A stretch of 64,000 nt of DNA from Adineta vaga (taxonomy: Eukaryota > Animalia > Rotifera). The notes below the pieces were generated by a model. It ran no database searches and was not told where the DNA came from. It saw nothing but the letters and a program-made list of their open reading frames with translations. A program made the translations under genes and the position numbers. Positions within the stretch are counted from its first letter, which is position 1; each line of letters starts with the position of its first letter. Of this stretch, positions 24,344 to 37,487 are shown one piece after another. The stretch spans positions 8,246,001-8,310,000 of the forward strand of contig CP075493.1 of NCBI GenBank assembly GCA_021613535.1. The letters are read 5' to 3'.

Positions 24344-25234
24344 CTTTTATTATCTGTAGCAATATAATTATTTTAGTTTCTTACAGATAAATTTTTTTGT
24401 TGTTGTGTATTTTGTCTAATATATTTATTTCGAATATTAAATAAAAGTTGTCTTTTATCTTTCTATCGAAAACAAATTCTGATGCCTTTGCGTGTCCGAT
24501 AATTTTCAACAAAACGAAACATCAATATTCGAACAGATGATTTTTTATTCATCTGTTTGAGAAAACATCACTTAATGGTTTTCAATAAGTTATAATACAT
24601 GAAAATGTCTTACTAAAAGCACAAGCGAATAAAATCACTATCGAATTGTCTTGTTAAACGTATGATCGAACAATATTTATCTCATAGACTATTAGAAAAT
24701 GAAAACTTAGCTACAAATATCTTCTTGAAATTTCTCATACAATGGTTAAATACGAGAGACTTCCTTTCACATTGTCTATCATGTAAAACCAATAGAAAAT
24801 TACTAACACATCAGAGTTAATGAATTTAATTAATTTTCAACGATCCTCCGAAATACTCTTTTTCTTAATTCAATCGAACTTCCAACATAATTTTCTTGTC
24901 AAGATATCCTTGCTTCAATTAAAACATCTCAAGAGCATTACTCTTCTAATCTTGTTATCTCGATTTATTCTATTACATGCAGGAATTACACGCACTCTTT
25001 CTATTAATCCATTGATTTCAATACTCTAGAGCATAAAGAAATCGTTCGAAATCTTTCGCTTCTATGCTCACAGATCAAACGTTTATATCATTTCATATAT
25101 TTCTAAAATCTGGTTGAGAGAAAAAAAACACACTGTATGTATATACAAATGCATATACAGCAAAAAAAAATGTTAATAAAAGAATGCACAGGAAAAAAAA
25201 GTGAGAGAAGAAAGTTCCATTCATAGCACCTGTT

Positions 25235-25272
<38 letters not shown>

Positions 25273-25278
25273 TAGAGA
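25235..25278. repeat. (TA)n(GA)n microsatellite
   Basis: Directly visible, just downstream of the Cys-loop receptor stop codon. Confidence 0.9.
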
Positions 25279-25292
25279 GAAGCAAAGAAAAG

Positions 25293-28200
25293 TTAGATCA
25301 TTGTTAAATTATCTGTAGCACTTGTATTAATCAAGAATGATGCTGGATCTTGTATCGGTGATCTATTTGGAAATGCACCAGATTTTGGAAACATAACAAG
25401 AAGAGAAATAAGAAACCAGCCAAAATAGATAAAGAAAAATGTTCGATCAAGAACCAGTGCTACTTTCTTCCAATCATTAGCATTTTTTATTGATTGATCT
25501 GTACTTTCAATTTTCTTTTTCATATGTCGAAGATAATCTCGAACTTCTTTAAGATCATTTTCAATTGAACGTAAATTTAAACTAAGTGCAGCCATGGTTT
25601 CACTTGTAGTTGAATTTTCACTGATTAAACCTTGTTTTTGTTGTTGATGATATTCATGAAAACGTTGTTTAAGTAATTTAAGTTTTTTAGAAAATTCTTC
25701 TTCATGATAATGTGGAGTAAGAAAGATTTGTTCAGGTAAAAGAAGAGCACCGGGTGAAGGCGGACCATGACGTGATGATACACTTGTTGGTAATGTTTGT
25801 GGTGGTTTGGGAGCCATACAATAGAATCGTGCTAAGAATTGAAGAAATATACGACGTATTGATGGTGGAATTCCTTGACGACGATCACCACGAACATATA
25901 TATGGATGACAATAGTAGCAAGAACGGCTGTTACAGAAACAACAACCATATTAACACAATAATAATAACCAATTTTCGGTGTACCACCTCCACCTAAAAC
26001 ATACAAACAAATTATTCAAGTTTGATTTCTAGTCGAAATATAATGATCATCTAGTAAATTTGATCTTCTAAAGATCCGTGAGCGATTCCGACTGTTGAAT
26101 TAATCATCCTACGCACGATGCTAAACAATAATCTAATCATCTGCATCTTCAAATAAGAATAAGATTAATGTAGATGCAGGAAGAAATGAAGAGAGAATGC
26201 GCTTTGTTTATCAAATTTCATATTAAGTGTTAGATCAGATGGACAGTCTACATAGAATTCTTCATCAATAAAAGAAAAAATACCGATTATTTAGACGTGA
26301 AACTCGAGCAAAAAAATGTCATGTCATTGGATAGACGAACGATGTATGCCAATAGCAGTAAAGTCAAGGGTGTTTTAATGAATTGTTTACTTAATGAACA
26401 GATCCTAAGAAGGAAAAAGCAATCAATTTGAACCTCATACATATGTATTTACAAATATTAACTGGTGTGATTGAGTATAAAACGATATTTTAATCTTTTT
26501 TTCTTATGATGTCAAATAGTTCTCACGCAATCTTGACATTCATGAAATAAATAATTAAATTGATCTATCATATTCGGCGAAAGAAAGAAAGAAGATGGAA
26601 AACTTTTCGTTCATACTCGGCATGGATTCAGCAAGTAGAAGTAATAGAAGAAAGAGACCAGAAAAAATCGATACAGTTAAAATCATTTTTGCTGGTGATT
26701 CAGGTGGAATCCAAAAGACAACCATAGTTGCCGCAGATAATAATAAACAAGGTAATATTAAAATATAACCATAAAGACCACCTTTTCGTTCAATAATTAA
26801 TGTATAATTTAATATTGAAAATGTTCCATTTGCTAACGATTTTTGTGCTTCAAGTTGATCTATTTTCCATTCATTGGAAACAATATATGCTGTCATATCC
26901 ATACTTGGTTTATTATCTTTAAATTCTAATTCAACTTTCGTATTATCATATGTCCAAGAACGATATTCTAATGAACATTGATGGATATCAAAAGGAAAAT
27001 TTGTTATATCAAGAAAACAAATACTAAATTGCATAATAGCTGGAACATATAAAACATCACCTGTACTTTGTATAACAGCAGAGATTTCTCGCCAATCTTT
27101 CAAACGTTCATCAGCATAATTATAAAGAACAACATCCTAAATAAAATATGAATTAAAATACAAATAGTTTTCTTCTATTTTCTTCTTACAGGTGTCCAAA
27201 TTGAATCAGCAGGTAAACATACAGTCGCTAATCCGCCGTAATCTTTTGGATCCCAAGCTAAATTCATATCTTGCCAATTAAATGTTTTCCATGTATTTGT
27301 TTGCATCTTTTGACCAGTTGAACCCAAATCAAATAATTGTGTAAATGTTAAACCAAATGTAATTACTAATGGTTGAGATACATTACGAATTGGACGTGCA
27401 TAAATCGTTGGATAATTATCAAGTAAATCACGTATAAGACGTTTTTCAAAAGTTAAACGTTTCGCTTTTCGTACAGGTATTGTCGAATTAGATGATGATG
27501 ATGGATTATTTTGTCGATATTTTGCTTGTTGATGATCTTCGTCATTGACAGTATTAACACCGTAGAAATCTAGGTTAAATAAACGAATAGATAAAAGATT
27601 CTATAGGAAAGAAAAGCTATCTCAGACAAATTTCTTATCAGATATAAAAGTCATGTTGACAAGTATTGATGAACAGATGACAATAGATTACCAAGTATTT
27701 TTTTTTTCTTTCCTAAGATTTAGATTTACATTTAGTCATAATGATAAACTATCTTCGAAATCTAATATGTTATTCAACGAAATGAAAAGTATGAATGAAT
27801 AATTGATTTTCTTAATCAAGAAGTTACCAATCGTACTCTTTATTTTTCATAGAAGTTATGTTTATTCGCTTATACATGTCCTAATATTCAGATCAGGTTT
27901 ATCTAATCTCTACGGTAACAAATGTCATTAATTCCGTTTTTTTTATATTATAATAACTAATAATTTATGAATATGATCAATGAATAAACCAATAAGGTAA
28001 AAAAAACAGGCGTTTTGTTATTCTGCATTGTTTAGAAATATGAATAAAAGATTTTCGATCAATCTTTTTGTTTGACAAAAAAAATCTAATCATAAAAAAT
28101 AAGTGCATTATTAAAAAAAAGAAGCAAACACATGTATTTTATATAAGATTTCACTGATTATTTATGTACGATATGATTATTATTCTTTGTAGAGTCGTTT

Positions 28201-28528
28201 TCTTTCCGTCGTTTTCTCTCGTTTGTAAAATAGGACTATGACTATATGAAAGATAAATATTGAAAATCAACTTTTTTATCTTACCTTGAGGAGTTTTCTC
28301 GAGAATTTTTGATGATGATTGATCTTTTTGTTGTTGAATTTGTGATGATTGAGAAAAAACAATCGTTATATTGAGCATAACAAAAAACATTGTTATGCCA
28401 ATTAAATGTAAAATTGTCGTAAAATAACAGGATTTTACATGACGATATTTAATATTATCGACAAAATATTGTTCAACATCATAATTAATCGAATTTTTAT
28501 GTGCTAAATAGCGACAATAGTAACACAT
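25293..28528 (-). CDS. Nicotinic acetylcholine receptor-family (Cys-loop) non-alpha subunit
   Basis: Exons at about 28285-28528, 27190-27569, 26617-27136 and 25293-25993. Motifs EKRLIRDLL, WTPDVVLYN, Cys-loop CFLDITNFPFDIHQC, SWTYD, M1-M3, and M4 DWKKVALVLDR. No vicinal CC in loop C. Probable 5'UTR exon donor near 30020. Confidence 0.93.
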
Positions 28529-30263
28529 AGTATCCTTCCGACCTTCTTCTTAAATGTGGTCGTTTTTGTCGCCGTTCATCCAAGGGATTTATCTAAATAT
28601 ATGTAGAGAGAGAAGGAGAAGAAAGAGATGAAGAAGAAAAAGCTGATGTATCCAGATCTTATCATAGAACCATTATAAGTAAATGTAATTACTAAAAGAA
28701 AATGAGGGAATAAAAAGTGAAAAGAAATTCTTCTCGTCGTCGTCGTCGTCGTCTTCTTCTTTCTCTACTATTCAAATAGCGGTACCTGATCTCTTCGAGA
28801 ACTATTCACTATTTATCTCGAGATTTTACATAGATTTCGACATGAAGGCCATGGGAAAATAGTTCTGACATTCATCTGTTGATGGATTCTATGCCGATGG
28901 GTGAATTTTGTTTTTCCATTTTCTTTCCTTATGTACTCATTGCATCGTTTCTGTCATCACTGATAGATCTAACAAATCCACAACTACAGAATAGATAGAT
29001 AGTTGCATATGTATATGATTAGACTTATCTCTCTTAGTCTAACAAATGCAAGTCGAGAGAGAAAGTGCATATGCGTTTGTGTATACTGGATTAATCTAAA
29101 CAAGGAATTGCAGACATTCATAGAAGAATAATACTTGACAAGTTGACACAATTAAATTTTCTTTCTTTTTTTTCGTCTTCGTCTTCTTTCTATAGTTATA
29201 GTGATGATTAGAATGAGAGTCTTCACCCTTCTGCTCATTTCCGCACAGTCTTCCTACTTGACGTCATTTACAATTGCTCGAGAACTATGTGACTATATGT
29301 ATGAATTGGCTTTTATATTCTTCATCAAAAAGAAAAAGGCAATAAAGAGATTCTATTCAATATACAGTCAAAGAACGAAAAAAAAGAGAAGGAGATAGAC
29401 TTTTATCTTGTTAGAAAAAATAGTATGCAGGAAGTTGATTACAAACTCTCATTATGATCTTCGAAAAAAAAAAAGGTTTCCTTCGATTGTTTCTCATTGA
29501 TGAATACTTCGTGTAAGATCGAGGTCTAAATCGAATGTTTTGTGAGAAACAAAAGAAGACTTTATTTTCCACTTATCCTCTTCTAATCGATTGCATATGT
29601 GTAACAAGATGAGTAAATCTCATCATTATGTCAAAAAAGATGTATGATATGTATACATGCATATATTTCTTCCAATCAATTACAAAGAGTTTTCTATCGT
29701 CACATCCATAGTAAGATTACTAGTTAGATCTGTCTAACATCGAACTAAGTCAGTTAAATGATGATGTCGGCTAGAAAAAAGAGAACATAGTGATCAGAAT
29801 TCTCTAGAGATATTCAGTCAACATATTTGATCGATTTAATAAAAGCAGAAGAAAAGCGATTAACAATGTAACTGAAAAACTAACATTTTAACAGCATACA
29901 TTTATATTAACAGAATATAATTTGTAAATATCATGCAGATAATTGTAAGTTACTATAGATTTCCATGTGAATATATATCGTAATTAATGAATAAATGATT
30001 ACTATTATAGAAAAGTCTTACCTGGTAATCGAGATAAGAATAAAATAGTAACATGTAATAATAGTCATCGAAGTGTGCGTTATAGATCTCTATATTTCTT
30101 TTTCTTTATGTTCTCCAAAAACAAAGACCATCAAGCACAGCGCAGAAATCGGTTGCATTTCCTTCTTATTTGTGTCTCTGTGTTCTTTTTTTCTTCTACT
30201 TCTTTTCTTTTCCTGATGTTCTCCATTTTCATCATCATCATCTTCTTCTCCTTCTTCTTCCCC

Positions 30264-30397
30264 TACTCTACTCTACTCTACTCTACTCTATTCTATTCTA
30301 CTATACTGGATCTTTGCGTCTCTTCTGTCACCAACATCACCATCATCATCACTATCATTCATTCATTCATTCATTCAGTCATTCATTCATTCATTCG
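30264..30397. repeat. (CTACT)n and (CATT)n simple repeats
   Basis: ctactctactctact... at 30264-30304 and cattcattcatt... at 30356-30397. Confidence 0.85.
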
Positions 30398-31779
30398 CTA
30401 GTGTGCATTCCTTCTTGCCTCAAGCTATCAAGCTACGAACAGAAATAATAAATAAAATAGTCGAACTCATTTTTTTCTCTTGCTCTTGTTCTTCTTCTTT
30501 TTCTTTTTTTCTTCTTCGTATCTTGAGCATTCTATGTTCTTATTCTTCTCTCTTCTGTACTAAAGTTCGTTTTAGTAAATCAATTATAAAATTAAATTAT
30601 TTCGATGAAAAGAAATTTGGAATACTTAGTAAGAAAGACAAAATCGAATGTGAATAACAATGATGTACGATACGATTGACAATAATTTTTCAAAGAACGG
30701 ACTTCTAATTGATCATATTACATGTACCAAACAACATTAATAAAACAAATCAAACTTTTGTAGGAGGTTGCGGGAGTACGCTATATTCATTAATAAATCC
30801 AAAAGCAGAAACAAAAAAAATGCAAAATGCTTGTCTGTGTAAAGTATGTCATCGTCTAGTCTCCAATGACTAGATTATAATCATGTGAAAGTGTAAACAA
30901 TTGTATGTTATCGATTGATAATCAATATAAATATAAATATGTTTCTATCCGATTAATTATTTCTCTTAATATCAGTGTAACAATCTCCCGAAAGAAAAAG
31001 AAAAAAAACCGAATAGATAAAGTTTAAATATAGTAACAATAATAAAATAACAATTTATTTGCCAATATTTCCTTGACAAAATTAGAGAGAACGAGAAAAA
31101 AAATGTTTTATTACAATCAAAATACGAGTCTCGATACAATTGCATGTATTGGTGCCGATCGCCTGCACTTTCCGTTCAAGACTACTTGACAAATGTATCA
31201 TGATTCAATAACTGTTGTAATCGAAAATGCTTCTTTCATCGTTATCGTCGTTCTTTCTTTTGTCCTTCACTACTACTTCTAGCATTTCCATTACAGCAAC
31301 ATTCATCTATCTCTCTATGTGCATGATCAAGCAGCTAACGGCCAACTATCAAACTCGATTTGTTGCACACGATGACAACGCTGATTAGAGACATGCAATG
31401 AGAGTATAAACCGTGTGTTGATTATACGAATCATCTAGGAATAAAACAAAATATATATATATATATATAATATATAATATATGTAGTTAATTCAATTAAA
31501 TTGAGACGCCTGATTGATTGAAATAATTGAGCGAATATATTTCGGAACTATGGTTACTGATGGGAATCATGGAAGAATTATTTTTCATTGCATTACGACT
31601 AGTCTTGTTTCAATCAAATGTAGAGAAAAAAAAGAAGTTCTTGTTGATTGAAATTCAAAAAGAAATTACGAGAGTTTGCGACATCTTGCTCTGATATGTA
31701 ACTGAAGGCAATTGTTAATGACATTGTCAAAAATAAAAAATGGCATATATCATCTTCAATTCATTAAAATTGATTAATT

Positions 31780-33725
31780 ATGGCTACGGCCAACGAAAAT
31801 AGTTCAGCACAAATGGAACGTTTAACAACGTGTCCAGTTTGTTTGGATAAATTTCGTACACCAAAAGTTTTACCATGTATGCATACATTTTGTTTAACAC
31901 CATGTTTGACAAATCTTGTCGATCCACGAGCACGTTCGCTACGTTGTCCAGAATGTCGACGAGATCATCCAATTCCACCAGGTTTTATCTTTTTTTTGGT
32001 TTTTAAGTATCTTTTCTTCTATAAACAAGCTTTTCAGGTGGTGTACAAGGATTTCCTGCTAATTTAACCATGATTGGATTCTTAGATCTTCAACCAACAA
32101 CTACTAGTCAACCAGATCGTTGCTTTATTTGTAAAGAACAGAAGCAAAGTATGTATAAATTGAATTCAATTTTCACGTACGAATTATTTTTTATAGATCT
32201 TGCAAAATGTCATGATTGTTCAAAATCGATTTGTTCGGATTGTCGTGAACAACATTTACGTGAAACATCATATAATGTTAGTTCACTGATCAGCCAACTT
32301 CGGCGTAGTTTACCAAAATTAAGTGATAAAATAGCTTCATATGAACAGCGCGTCAATAGTGTACAAACAAATCATGAACAAATTCGACGCGAAATTACAT
32401 CAGCCATTGCCATGTTAATTGAAGAATTAAAGCATCGAGAAACCGCATTATTTACAGAAGCAGAAGTTTATATGCAATCACAATTAAGGTATTTGAAAAG
32501 AAAAACAATCTATATTTCAAAAAATGATAAATCACATTTGATTTAGAATGTTTCGTTTACAACAAGAAACAGCAGAAGTTGAACTAGCTAGCGTTGCAAG
32601 CTTTTGTGAATCTGTTGAAACATCGCTAGCAAAGTAAAAGTTCAAAAGTTCTTTCAAATTTATTCTATATAAAATATTCTTCTAGTGGACAAACAATGAA
32701 TGATGTTGATTTAGCTAATATGCGATCAGAATGCAATCGATATTCTCAACAAATTCATACACTAGAAACACAAATGCCTACTGATGTTCAGAAGGTGAGC
32801 AGGTAAAGATTGGTTGAATTGTATCTATCTATAATCAATATTATCATACAGTTACGATTTACATCTGAAAATCAAACTGCAATATCATCAACCGTTCATG
32901 AATTTGGTCGTTTAATTGATATGAATGCTCAAACTTCAATTAATCATGCACGAGTTCCACCTGCAGGACATTTACATTCAGCAACACACTATGTAACAAC
33001 TGCACCGAATGCAATGCATCGACAAGATCAATCATCAACTGATGCATGTAAGTTATTATGAATATAAATGTTTAAATATTAAAATTTTCTGTTTAGATCG
33101 ACACTTGGAAAATTTATATTATTCTCGTGCATTACCCATGCACAATCGAGCACCTTTACCCTCTCAAACATTAGCTTATCGTCCAACACAAAATTCTTTT
33201 TCTGGAAGTTTTGATAATCCATTTGTTGATCTTAATTTTACTGTACCTGCTCGTCAACATCCACATTCACAGCCACCATCAGCGTACGTTGCATCATGGC
33301 ATCCACAATCAAATCGTCGTGCTTTATCTATATTTGGAACTAATCCACTTGTACCCAATAATCCTCGATCGTCACTACCAGCATCTGAATCATCGCCACG
33401 TCGAGTCGGTCGTTCAATTGAAGGCGATGATCGACCTATTCTTGGTGGTGGAACACGAGGAAGACCTCAACCATCTGCTCCAGCTTCAACATCTGTTCAA
33501 GAACAAGAATCAACCCCGCGCGTTGATCGACAAAGACGGGGCACGTTTGTATTAGATGAAGCTAGTTTACCCAATTTACCTCAATCCGGTGCTCAAAGAC
33601 CTCGTGATCCAGTCAATGTTCAAGATTTGTACAATGTTAGACCACGTGATCGTGCTCAAACACCTGTCGCTTTCACTATAAATATCAATGAAGCAACACA
33701 ATCATCTAATGACAATCCTTCATAG
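31780..33725 (+). CDS. TRIM/RBCC-type protein (RING, B-box, coiled coil, disordered Pro/Ser/Arg tail)
   Basis: CPVCLDKFRTPKVLPCMHTFC...CPECR; B-box CFIC...CHDC...CSDCREQH; heptad coiled coil; multi-exon. Confidence 0.88.
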
Positions 33726-33803
33726 AATTATTTTTATATAATCACTATCTGTGTTCTATATGTTAAATACAATACATCATACAAAAAAGAAAAACAAAGT
33801 TTA

Positions 33804-36283
33804 TTAAGTACGTTGAGTCATCAAAGAAAGTCGTTGTTGATAATCGACTAAATCTTGTGTTTTAATTTTGTTAATCTAAAAGAAATGTATCAAAACGTTT
33901 CTCTTTTGTTTAGGAGAAGACAACATATAGACATACAATGTTTTCATATTCTTTTACTTTGTTATTTAATTCGATTAAACGTTGTTTTAATTTTACATGA
34001 GTATCGTTATGTTGTAATAATTGTGTATCGGTTTGTTCTAAACGTTCATAAGCATTGGATAATTTCATACGTAATTCTTGATTTTCAACAGTCATTTCTT
34101 GAACGATTTCACTCTTCTGTTCCAGAACTGTTTCAATTTCATTGGTTAATTGTCGTGAATACAAACGTAATTTATTTAGTACTGTATTTTGACTACAAAC
34201 AAGATCTTCAAGATAGGATAAAGATTGATGACGTTCTAATTCAAGTTTTTCAATATTTGTATGATAATCTTGTTCACGTTTGTTTAAAATAACAGTAATA
34301 GCATCCATATTTTCTTCACGTGATCGTTCAAGAGTTTGTTTGATACTTTTTAACATTAAATTCTATATAGAAATGAATATTGAAGAATCTTTCGAAATAG
34401 AAAAGAAACAGAAAATTACTTCACGAGTAAGACGATTGATTTCTTCCGTTAATTCAAGGCAATGCTTTTTAGAATTGAGTAATTCACCTTCAATATCATT
34501 AAAACGATTTTGATTAGAGCCAAGTTGATGACGAAGTTGAAGTGTATCCTTTTTTTTTTTATAAAACGTCATATCATTCTAGTTATGAAAAAGAACATTT
34601 CGTACTTGATTGCTTTGTAATAATAATTTCTCGAAATCTGTACGAATCTGCATTGTATTTGCATTGGCTTGATCACGTTCACGCATAGCTTTTTGAATTT
34701 GAAGTTTAACTGTATCCGATGTCTTTATAAAAGAAAAGGATATATAAACATTTTCTATCTTACAATGAGTTTTAGAATTCAGTTTCAGCATAGATTTATT
34801 ATTAAGCGAATGTTTTCTTCGAAAATCTTTACCTGACTAAGATCAATTTCTTGTCGATGAATTCGATTTTTCCATTCATCTAAATCTGAAGCTAGCGATG
34901 TCTTTTCTCTTGCTAATCGATCGATTGTTAATTCATATTGTGCACATTTTTCTTCTATTTGATGGATCTAATGAAAACGAAATCGATTCATTCTTCTATT
35001 TCTCTTTCTATTTTCGTTTACTTTTTCCGTATTTTCTTTCAATCGTTCTTCACACACTTTCTCGGTATTTTGTTTTTCTATTTGAATTTTTTCATTCATT
35101 TCATCGATCATCTTTCTGATTCGTTTTTGTGTTTCAACAAGTTCAATTCTGACTTGATCACGTTCAACAATTGCCTGAAAAAAAAAGTTCGAGTTTCAAC
35201 AAATGCATTTTCTACTATGAAAATGATGTACTTCGTTCTTTTCAAATTGATTTTGTTCAACGATTTGGATACATTCTTGTAATTTTGCTAATGTACTCTC
35301 TTCTTTACTTTGACTTTCATCAAATTTGATTTGTAACTGTTGTAATTTTCGTTTATTAGTTTCGTTTTCACTGAAAAAGAAATTCAATTTGAATAGAAAA
35401 CATCGTTTATCATAAACTTACGTGATTATATCAGCAACTCTGTCGTTATGTTCTGAATTATGTTGACCAAATGGAAGCAATGCTCCACATTTTAGACAAT
35501 TTGTTAGATCATTTGGTGCTTGCCAAACACTTTCATATGTACTCAATTTTTCTCTAAGAAAACATTGTCTATGATATTGGATTACTTTATTCGATCATAT
35601 TTTATTACTTTGCATCTTTTAATTCGATTTCTAAATGACGCATTTTTTTCGTATAAAGATCGGCAATTTGTGACTTGAGTAAAAAGAAATAATATTTCTA
35701 TTTTCTATGGATTCATCTTACTTCTTTATCTGTCATTGATCGTCCATCGTCAATATTAATTAAACGAAGCATATCAGATACAAATGTACCACGGATTTCT
35801 TCATGTAAACGATTGTTTTCTTCGATTAAAGCTACTACATTTGATCGAAGTTTTGTATTATCATCCTATTAAAAATATAATAAAAAAACGCCAATGTAAT
35901 TCATGTTTTCTCAGATACATACAAGAAAATGGATACGTTTCATTCTCATAAACTTACACGTAATGCTTCATTTTCATCTCGCAATCGATGACTTATCTCA
36001 TCAGCTGCTTGAACAAGTAAATAAAGTTCATTTGATTTCGGCGTATCTGTTGATGTCTAAGAAATGACAAAGGAATAATTAGACAGATAAGGAAAGTGTT
36101 AACGATTTGTTTATACTTTTAATGAACTAGACTGGTGAATCGGTGTCGAAGGAGATTGATGATGATCTAATTGTGATAGAAGATCACGGAGTTTATCAGC
36201 CGCTGTAAGTGTTTTACCTAAAATTCTGAGAGATAAAACTTATCAAAATCTTTTTCATAGGCACTTGAACCGCTTGATGCCAT
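33804..36283 (-). CDS. SDCCAG8: Centrosomal/ciliary coiled-coil protein, SDCCAG8-like
   Basis: Multi-exon long coiled coil containing NCLKCGA and IQIVEQNQFEKNEAIVERDQVR, which resemble SDCCAG8 motifs as recalled. Ends RLSLMTQRT*. Confidence 0.7.
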
Positions 36284-36960
36284 ATGTGTCGAAATAAGAA
36301 TAGTGAAAGTAGGAAAGATTACTGATGAATTCTCCTAACTGTTCTCTTCTTATTCAAAGCAACCATTCTTTTTTAATTGCCAAGGTGTAACCGCAAAAAA
36401 ACGTTATTCCTTGACATCATGCTGAACATTTTAACCGTCGTCGTGACAATCGTATGCATGAAGGAAACATTATAACACATCCTATGATTAATGATTTGGT
36501 CTTTTATTTGAATAGTACACTTAATTAAACAGTTGCTAAATAAAAAACATACTAGAATTCAAAAACATAGATGTCGCTAGTATGCATTACGTATATCCAA
36601 TGTAATCATTATAGGCTCTTAAAAATTCTATTCAAAACAAAATATCAGAATCAGAAGATGTATTTTTGTGTTAACTTAATAATATAATTTGAAACTTCAC
36701 AACAATCTATCAACACAGTCTAATAGTTATTGTACATCTATCGAAAAGTTTCGTCATATCTTTTCTGAAAAATTGTATGTATACTAGAACAGCTGTAAAT
36801 AATCAATGTCTGAATAAACATTTGTCTCAGCGTAGATAATTCATTCGATTTGTATGATCAGAGCGTTGAAAATTGTCCGCGTGCATTGATTTGTTGCTAT
36901 TCTTAATCCGGCAGACAGAGAAAGAAAACTAAGGCTTTTTTCTATCCATCATCATATGTC

Positions 36961-37032
36961 GACTCCGTGGCGCAACGGTAGCGCGTCTGACTCCAGATCA
37001 GAAGGTTGCGTGTTCAAGTCACGTCGGGGTCA
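36961..37032 (+). tRNA. trnW: tRNA-Trp (CCA)
   Basis: GACTCCG acceptor stem, anticodon arm TCTGA-CTCCAGA-TCAGA, T-loop GTTCAAG, downstream oligo-T terminator. Confidence 0.97.
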
Positions 37033-37053
37033 AACTTTACTTTTTGTTCTTAA

Positions 37054-37262
37054 CTCTTTCAATCCCGCATGACATCTCGTAGATATCATACACAACACAA
37101 AAGATTTTATTTCCTTCTTTCGTCGAATATCATATGATGTGCCATCGAATTATCACACCTAATCACATTATATCTAAATACAGCTGATTCAACGCAAGAG
37201 AGAAAGATTTTCTTTTTTTTCGTATTTCTGCAGAACAAAAGAGAATCTCGGGATTGAAAGGG
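37054..37262. mobile_element. piggyBac-type MITE (TTAA TSD)
   Basis: TTAA (37050-37053), then ctctttcaatcccg ... cgggattgaaaggg, then TTAA (37263-37266). TIR match 13/14. Confidence 0.85.
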
Positions 37263-37333
37263 TTAAATAATGTTGTGCTAACTAATCTGAACTGAATTGA
37301 AAAAAAAGGACAACAGCCCACAATTCTATCGAA

Positions 37334-37405
37334 GACTCCGTGGCGCAACGGTAGCGCGTCTGACTCCAGATCAGAAGGTTGCGTGTTCAAGTCACGTCGG
37401 GGTCA
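37334..37405 (+). tRNA. trnW: tRNA-Trp (CCA), identical second copy
   Basis: Same 72-nt sequence as 36961-37032, followed by a T run. Confidence 0.97.
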
Positions 37406-37487
37406 ATCTTTTTTTTCACATTTTATTATTCATTTAGATAATTATTAGAATCAACAAAAAATGGCATATATATATATATATTTATTA

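Noticed and set aside
26084-26103. Intronic 20-mer resembling 28S rRNA GAATCCGACTGTTTAATTAA (18/20), a possible snoRNA guide
   Set aside because: Only 10 contiguous matches and no clean C/D boxes; a match of this quality is roughly expected by chance in 64 kb.
30075-30657. Hydrophobic and His-rich ORFs
   Set aside because: Translations of simple repeats in the region upstream of the receptor gene.
37163-37390. 75-aa minus-strand ORF
   Set aside because: Antisense to tRNA-Trp and the MITE; spurious.
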